The position numbers and the translations under genes are program-made. 33,580 nt of DNA from an uncultured Clostridia bacterium (GTDB taxonomy: Bacteria > Bacillota > Clostridia > Oscillospirales > Acutalibacteraceae): contig CANRDH010000001.1 of NCBI GenBank assembly GCA_947629295.1, positions 1 through 33,580 on the forward strand, given 5' to 3'. The notes beneath the pieces were generated by a model, which worked only from the letters and a program-made list of their open reading frames with translations, was not told where the DNA came from and did no database searches. Positions 28,621 through 33,580 of this stretch are shown one piece after another (the stretch's first letter is position 1; every line of letters starts with the position of its first letter).

Positions 28621-30933
28621 ATGATAGGTATTGAAGGTGAAAAATCTGTGTTTACTCATATCAAAGCGGGCGGACTTAATGATTTTTTCACTGAACTGCA
28701 AAATCGTCCCCAAAATGGAATATATTTTTACAGAATTAACGGATACAATGAGCAAATCGAAAATTTCATAAGGAAATATTATGACAGCGCCTTGAAAAAC
28801 GGAATTGTCATTGAGGGACATATACCCAACCCCGATAATAATATGCTTGGATATTATAATGAAATGATGGGTGCGGATTTCAGCATTGACAGGGAATTTA
28901 TATCCCGGGCTTTGAAAAAATGGCTTCCGAGAATGAATTTCAATCAAAACGGAGAGGTATCTTCGGCAATATATGATACCCTGTGCAGTCTGAAAGAAAA
29001 CGGTAAAAACGAAAGTATGCTGAAAAATGCATATATAAAGTTTATGTGTTGGTTTTATTATAAATTTGAAAGAATTGTAAGCAGGCTTGGGGGGAATAAT
29101 ATTCCTAAGCTTCTCTATGAGGGAAATGTAAGTAATTATGAGCTTCTTATGTTAAGAATACTTGCCTGCTCCGGATGTGATGTACTTATCCTGCAATATG
29201 GCGGAGATAAGGAATATCTGAGGTCAGACCCGCAATCCGAATTTTCTTATTCCCTTGTATTGCCGGATATGCGTGATTTTCCAAAGGATTTCAGTCTGGG
29301 CAAAATCAGGGAAGAAAATGAGAAAAAAATCAGCAGACAGATGATTTTGGGGGATATGCCCGGGATAAGTGCATGCACCAATGCATGGATAAAGGGGAAG
29401 GGCTTTGAGGACCTTCTGACGCCGACGGCTCAAAGGGGAAATGATCCTTCTCTTTTTTATAATTGCTATATAAGAATAAACGGCACAGAGGATAAGATAA
29501 GCTATCTTAATGAATTGTACAGATATCAGCTTGAAGTAAAAAACAGAGAAAGAAAAATAGTTATAGTTGAGGGGGAGCTTCCGCTGCCGAGCTATGACGA
29601 GATAGCTAAAATCCGTAAGGGAAATTATAAGAGCGTTGAACGGCTTATTGCCGATATGGCTTCAAATATAAGATATCAGAATAAAGCAGAGCTGCGAAAG
29701 CTTATTGTTTATGCCTTTGCGGATATTATATCCGAGTATTCCGAGAAAGCCGGTATGAATTTGAACCGACTGACAAGCAAAGCAGTTTATATTCTTTGTT
29801 GGCTCAGAAGATATGGCGAGGTGCTGTTCAAAGGATGGAGGATGCCGGATACTGCAAGTTTCGTTTATCTTGGGGGCTGTCGGAATGAAAATGAAGTAAT
29901 GTTTATAAAGCTTCTCTCAAGACTTCCGGTTGATGTTCTTATACTTGTGCCTGACAAAAGTAAAAAATGTATACTTGAGGATAAGCTTCTGTATGAGATA
30001 AATTACAAGGAAAGCTTAGTTGTAAAAAAATATCCGCAGGACCCTTCAGAGCTCAGGCTCGGGACGGCGGCTTATCATGCCGAAAGAGAGCTTGACAGCA
30101 TATTGTATGAGGATTCGGGTATCTACCGTGACCGGCAGTACGGGCGGGCGGACTCGGTAATTATGAAAACGATGTATGAGGAAATATATATTCTATGGAA
30201 GCAGGAGATGAAATACAGACCTAATTTCAAGGTTATTGACGATACCGTGACGGTGCCTGTTATATTTTCCAAGATATGCGGAGTGAAGGACAAGAATCTG
30301 GGAGCCTATTGGGCGGATATAAAACAGCTTTTTACACAGGATACGCTGATATATAACCGCTTCCCGATAATCAAGGCGGGAGCACATAATCCCTTGAAAT
30401 CCGTTGCCGCAGAATTTCTGAAAAACGGAAGACTGCAAAGAAATGTCATAAAGAAGCATAAACTTTATAAATACGGTTTTCTCCGTGAGGAAGTTCAGGA
30501 GCATATTCTTGATAAAATTCAGCTTATGATAAACAAAAGAATTATAAGGGGTACGTTTGAAAGCGGCACAGAATATATGATAGCAGCAACCGTGTTGAAT
30601 CTGGATAAAAGTGTAATAAGGCTTATACAGAAATTTGATTTTACTAAATCAAATCCGAAAGTAATATGCCTTTCCCTTGACGAGGAGGGTATGACGCTTG
30701 AAGATACTGTATTTCTTACCTTCCTGAGTCTTGTCGGTTTTGATATTGCCGTATTTGTACCGACGGGCTATCAGACAATAGAGCGATACTATAACGATGG
30801 GAAAGCTATGTTTGATGAGCATCAGGTCGGAGAGTATATGTATGATTTAAAGGCTCCCGATTTCAGTATGATCAGGGATAAGGATGACGTTAAAATACCG
30901 TGGTATGAAAAAATATTTAAGAGAGGAAGATGA
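28621..30933 (+). CDS. YceG-like protein (TelA/TerD-associated family, Pfam YceG_bac type), 770 aa
   Basis: Genomic context matches Bacillus yceG-yceH. Segments resemble the family as I recall it: YFYRINGY, NPDNNMLGYYNEMMG, KKWLPR, GKNESMLKNAYIKFMCWFYYKFERI, PKLLYEGNVSNYELLMLRILACSGCDVLILQY. An alternative start at GTG 28648 follows GAAGGTG. Confidence 0.7.
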   Translation: MIGIEGEKSVFTHIKAGGLNDFFTELQNRPQNGIYFYRINGYNEQIENFIRKYYDSALKNGIVIEGHIPNPDNNMLGYYNEMMGADFSIDREFISRALKKWLPRMNFNQNGEVSSAIYDTLCSLKENGKNESMLKNAYIKFMCWFYYKFERIVSRLGGNNIPKLLYEGNVSNYELLMLRILACSGCDVLILQYGGDKEYLRSDPQSEFSYSLVLPDMRDFPKDFSLGKIREENEKKISRQMILGDMPGISACTNAWIKGKGFEDLLTPTAQRGNDPSLFYNCYIRINGTEDKISYLNELYRYQLEVKNRERKIVIVEGELPLPSYDEIAKIRKGNYKSVERLIADMASNIRYQNKAELRKLIVYAFADIISEYSEKAGMNLNRLTSKAVYILCWLRRYGEVLFKGWRMPDTASFVYLGGCRNENEVMFIKLLSRLPVDVLILVPDKSKKCILEDKLLYEINYKESLVVKKYPQDPSELRLGTAAYHAERELDSILYEDSGIYRDRQYGRADSVIMKTMYEEIYILWKQEMKYRPNFKVIDDTVTVPVIFSKICGVKDKNLGAYWADIKQLFTQDTLIYNRFPIIKAGAHNPLKSVAAEFLKNGRLQRNVIKKHKLYKYGFLREEVQEHILDKIQLMINKRIIRGTFESGTEYMIAATVLNLDKSVIRLIQKFDFTKSNPKVICLSLDEEGMTLEDTVFLTFLSLVGFDIAVFVPTGYQTIERYYNDGKAMFDEHQVGEYMYDLKAPDFSMIRDKDDVKIPWYEKIFKRGR

Positions 30934-30936
30934 TTT

Positions 30937-32109
30937 ATGGGATTGGATTTTTCTAAGGTGAATACTCAGGCGAAGGAACAGGAAAGAAGCGAAAACAACG
31001 AGCTTGCAAAAACAGGAACTCCCGAGGAGCCCATTGTTGAAACCTTTGATATGGCCGCCGAAAGACAAAAGCTTAACAGCGAGCTTACGGCCTCAAGGGA
31101 GGTTGATGAGCTTGTGAGTAAGATAGAAGTCAGCGATATGCAGACGATAGTAACTTTCGGCGGAGAGGTTGCCGAGGAGATTTCAAAGGCTTCCGATATC
31201 GTGCTGAACAGCATGAATCTCGCACAGCTTGAAAAATCAAGCGCAATGCTTAATCAGCTTACAAAGATAATGTCGCAGTTTGATATAGAGGAGGTAAGCG
31301 AGGAAAAGGGCTTTTTCGGAAAGCTGTTCAATAATGCAAAAAAGCAGCTTGATAAAATACTTGCAAAATATCATACCATGGGTGACGATGTCGATAAGAT
31401 ATATGTTGAACTGCGCAAGTATGAGGATGAAATAAAACATTCTAACAGGAACCTGGAGCAGATGTTTGAGGCAAATGTAAATTATTACCATGAGCTTGTA
31501 AAGTATATTCTTGCCGGAGAACAGGGATGCAGGGAAATTCAGGCATATATAGAGAAGCGCCGGAAGGATCTGGAGGAAACAGGGGATAATTCCATACAGT
31601 TTGAGCTTCAGGCATGTCAGCAGGCGCTTATGATGCTTGAACAGAGAACTCAGGATCTCAGAACTGCCGAAAATGTCGCTATGCAGTCTGTCCCCATGAT
31701 AAAAACTATAGAATACAGCAACCTTAACCTTGTAAGAAAAATAAATTCGGCATTTATCGTTACACTGCCGATTTTCAAGCAGGCTTTGGCACAGGCTATA
31801 ATGCTGAAAAGACAGCGTGTTCAGGCTGAGGCTATGCAGGCGCTTGACGAAAAAACAAATGAGATGCTTGTCAAAAACGCGAAAAACAGCGTCGAGCAGT
31901 CTAAGCTTACGGCACAGCTTGCTTCGGGAAGCTCCATTAAGACGGAAACACTTGAAACGACCTGGAGAACCATTATGGACGGTATTGCCGAAACAAAGAG
32001 AATACAGGAAGAGGCACAAAGACAGCGTATTGATGATCAGGCAAAGCTTCAGGCTATCAAGGACGAATTTGAAAAAACTTACAGTGTGCCGACATCTGAA
32101 TCGGTTTAG
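30937..32109 (+). CDS. telA: TelA/YceH/KlaA family toxic-anion-resistance protein
   Basis: All-helical 390-aa protein with the family-typical N-terminal segment (IVTFGGEVAEEISKASDIVL) and long coiled regions. The start lies 3 nt after the yceG-like stop. Confidence 0.85.
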   Translation: MGLDFSKVNTQAKEQERSENNELAKTGTPEEPIVETFDMAAERQKLNSELTASREVDELVSKIEVSDMQTIVTFGGEVAEEISKASDIVLNSMNLAQLEKSSAMLNQLTKIMSQFDIEEVSEEKGFFGKLFNNAKKQLDKILAKYHTMGDDVDKIYVELRKYEDEIKHSNRNLEQMFEANVNYYHELVKYILAGEQGCREIQAYIEKRRKDLEETGDNSIQFELQACQQALMMLEQRTQDLRTAENVAMQSVPMIKTIEYSNLNLVRKINSAFIVTLPIFKQALAQAIMLKRQRVQAEAMQALDEKTNEMLVKNAKNSVEQSKLTAQLASGSSIKTETLETTWRTIMDGIAETKRIQEEAQRQRIDDQAKLQAIKDEFEKTYSVPTSESV

Positions 32110-32203
32110 TGGGAATATATTTATGCTTCGACTATGGCAATGTTATATCGGTGCCGCAGGACGGGCGCCGGAAGAATAAAAAAACTATCAGGAGGAAACA
32201 GCT

Positions 32204-32785
32204 ATGGCAATCAGTTTATCAAAAGGACAAAAGGTAGACCTTACAAAGGGCAATCCCTCTCTTAAAAATATTATGGTGGGACTCGGATGGGATGTGAATC
32301 AGTATGATACGGGCTACGCATTCGATTTGGATGCTTCCGCATTCCTTTTGGGTGCAAACGGAAGGTGCATAACCGAAAAGGATTTCGTTTTTTACGGTAA
32401 CCTTGAGCATCCGTCGGGTGCTGTAAAGCATATGGGCGATAACCTTACAGGTGAAGGCGAAGGCGATGACGAACAAATTGAAGTTGACCTTTCGCTCATA
32501 CCCGATAATATAAACAGAATTGCCTTCACCGTCACAATATATGATTCCGACAAACGCAGGCAGAATTTCGGACAGGTAAGCAATTCTTTTATAAGAATTG
32601 TTGATCTTACTACCGGCAATGAGATTCTAAGATATGACCTTGCCGAAGATTTTTCAATCGAAACCGCTATTGTAGTCGGTGAAATATACAGAAATAACGG
32701 CCAGTGGAAATTCAATGCCATAGGAAGCGGCTTCCAGGGTGGACTTGCCGCACTTTGCGGAAATTTCGGAATAGAAGTTGCATGA
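32204..32785 (+). CDS. terD: TerD-family stress protein (YceD/YceE-like)
   Basis: [102 protein letters not shown]. Strong AGGAGG RBS. Confidence 0.93.
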   Translation: MAISLSKGQKVDLTKGNPSLKNIMVGLGWDVNQYDTGYAFDLDASAFLLGANGRCITEKDFVFYGNLEHPSGAVKHMGDNLTGEGEGDDEQIEVDLSLIPDNINRIAFTVTIYDSDKRRQNFGQVSNSFIRIVDLTTGNEILRYDLAEDFSIETAIVVGEIYRNNGQWKFNAIGSGFQGGLAALCGNFGIEVA

Positions 32786-32859
32786 TGTTTATAAATCAAA
32801 GAGGGATGGATTTCCGATTTTGAATTGGCGGTAGCCTGCCGCGCGGAAGGAGTAAAGGT

Positions 32860-33465
32860 ATGGCAATTAATCTTACAAAGGGGCAAAAGGTGAATTTGCG
32901 TAAAAGCGGCGATTCGGGTCTTGGTGAAATTCTGATAAACCTTAACTGGAATGCACGCATACGAAAGAAAGGCTTTTTTGCAAGTCTGTTCAGCAATGAT
33001 TCAAATATAGACCTTGACCTCGGATGTCTTTATGAGCTGAAAAGCGGAAAGAAGGGCACTGTTCAGGCGCTTGGCAAAGCCTTCGGCTCATTGAGCAGGG
33101 AGCCGTATGTCTCCCTTGACGGCGATGACAGAACAGGTGAAAATCTTTCGGGCGAAAATCTTAGAATCGACGGAAACAGGATATCGCAGATAAAGAGAGT
33201 GCTTGTATATACATTTATCTATGAAGGCGTTGCAAATTGGCAGGAAGCCGACGCTGTTGTTACGATAAAATATCCCGGAGCGGAGGATATAATAGTAAGG
33301 CTGGATGAGTATAATTCAAGCAAGAGAATGTGTGCACTTGCACTGTTTGAAAATGTTTCCGACAGTACATTCAGTGTTCAGAAGCTTATACAGTTTTTCA
33401 GCGGTCATAGTGCTATGGACGGAGCATTTAATTGGGGCCTGAAATGGGTACCGGGAAGAAAATAA
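32860..33465 (+). CDS. Divergent TerD-domain protein (YceC/TerA-like paralogue)
   Basis: MAINLTKGQKVNL, IDLDLGCLYEL and VSLDGDDRTGENLSGENLRIDG are collinear with the TerD fold, but the acidic metal-binding motif is degenerate. AAGGAG RBS. Confidence 0.8.
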   Translation: MAINLTKGQKVNLRKSGDSGLGEILINLNWNARIRKKGFFASLFSNDSNIDLDLGCLYELKSGKKGTVQALGKAFGSLSREPYVSLDGDDRTGENLSGENLRIDGNRISQIKRVLVYTFIYEGVANWQEADAVVTIKYPGAEDIIVRLDEYNSSKRMCALALFENVSDSTFSVQKLIQFFSGHSAMDGAFNWGLKWVPGRK

Positions 33466-33482
33466 GAGGGGAGAATAAACGA

Positions 33483-33580
33483 ATGAATCTTGAAAAAAAA
33501 GAGCAGGCAAAGCAGATAAAGAAATATGACGGCTTAAGCGATAAGCAGGTTGAGGAATCAAGAGCAGAACACGGCTCCAA
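33483..33580 (+). CDS. P-type cation-transporting ATPase (Ca2+-ATPase-like N-terminus), 5' fragment running off the window
   Basis: My own translation gives MNLEKKEQAKQIKKYDGLSDKQVEESRAEHGS. The G-L-S-x-x-x-V-x-x-x-R-x-x-x-G pattern is the Cation_ATPase_N opening of P2-type pumps. A GGGGAG RBS lies 17 nt after the upstream stop. Only 32 codons are visible. Confidence 0.55.
   Translation, partial: MNLEKKEQAKQIKKYDGLSDKQVEESRAEHGS

Noticed and set aside
31237-32019. 260-aa minus-strand ORF antisense to telA, and the +2-frame ORF 31817-32179
   Set aside because: telA occupies the region with the typical family sequence and translational coupling to the upstream gene. The overlapping ORFs lack an RBS and motifs.
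28621-33465. Calling the cluster a tellurite-resistance determinant
   Set aside because: The Ter/TelA names are historical, and nothing in the sequence indicates tellurite as the physiological substrate. It is reported as a Ter-type stress module of undefined function instead.
1-33580. tRNA, rRNA, tmRNA, transposase/IS or integron elements
   Set aside because: Reading the intergenic regions on both strands, I recognised no cloverleaf-like or rRNA-like segments, terminal inverted repeats, or transposase or integrase motifs. Without tools, a small ncRNA could still have been missed.

Overview
This window looks like a chromosomal segment from a moderately AT-rich, spore-forming Firmicute. Clostridia, possibly Ruminococcaceae/Oscillospiraceae-like, is a guess from gene content only. 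Nearly all genes are on the + strand; only pcrA and a downstream hydrolase gene are on the - strand.

Gene order:
- 1-10185: ABC-F fragment, a CBS-pair protein with a HEPN-like N-terminus, mnmA, an AI-2E transporter, a surface-anchored type I pullulanase, and the minus-strand pcrA plus Zn-PLC-like operon.
- 10446-19933: an orphan GH25/LysM lysin, then a conserved block of rny, an inserted Cys-rich ORF, ymdB, spoVS, yloV and recG.
- 19956-24687: a small accessory stretch with a frameshifted SMI1/KNR4 immunity-type pseudogene, a stand-alone TipAS protein, a 101-aa Cys-rich protein, an 813-aa Zn-ribbon/tandem-repeat/BspA-type LRR protein, and a small acidic ORF.
- 25037-28386: a sugar ABC importer (SBP plus two permeases) with no ATPase gene.
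- 28621-33580: a Ter-type operon of a YceG-like protein, TelA, TerD, a divergent TerD and the start of a P-type cation ATPase.

I recognised no rRNA, tRNA, CRISPR array, transposase or integrase.

Best candidates for an under-described system:
1. The YceG-like/TelA/TerD/TerD/P-type-ATPase module. It has no TerC or TerB, and the YceG-like protein is long and internally triplicated.
2. The apparently cytoplasmic Zn-ribbon/repeat/LRR protein.
3. The HEPN-like/CBS fusion next to mnmA.

All family assignments come from motif recognition by eye. No searches were run.
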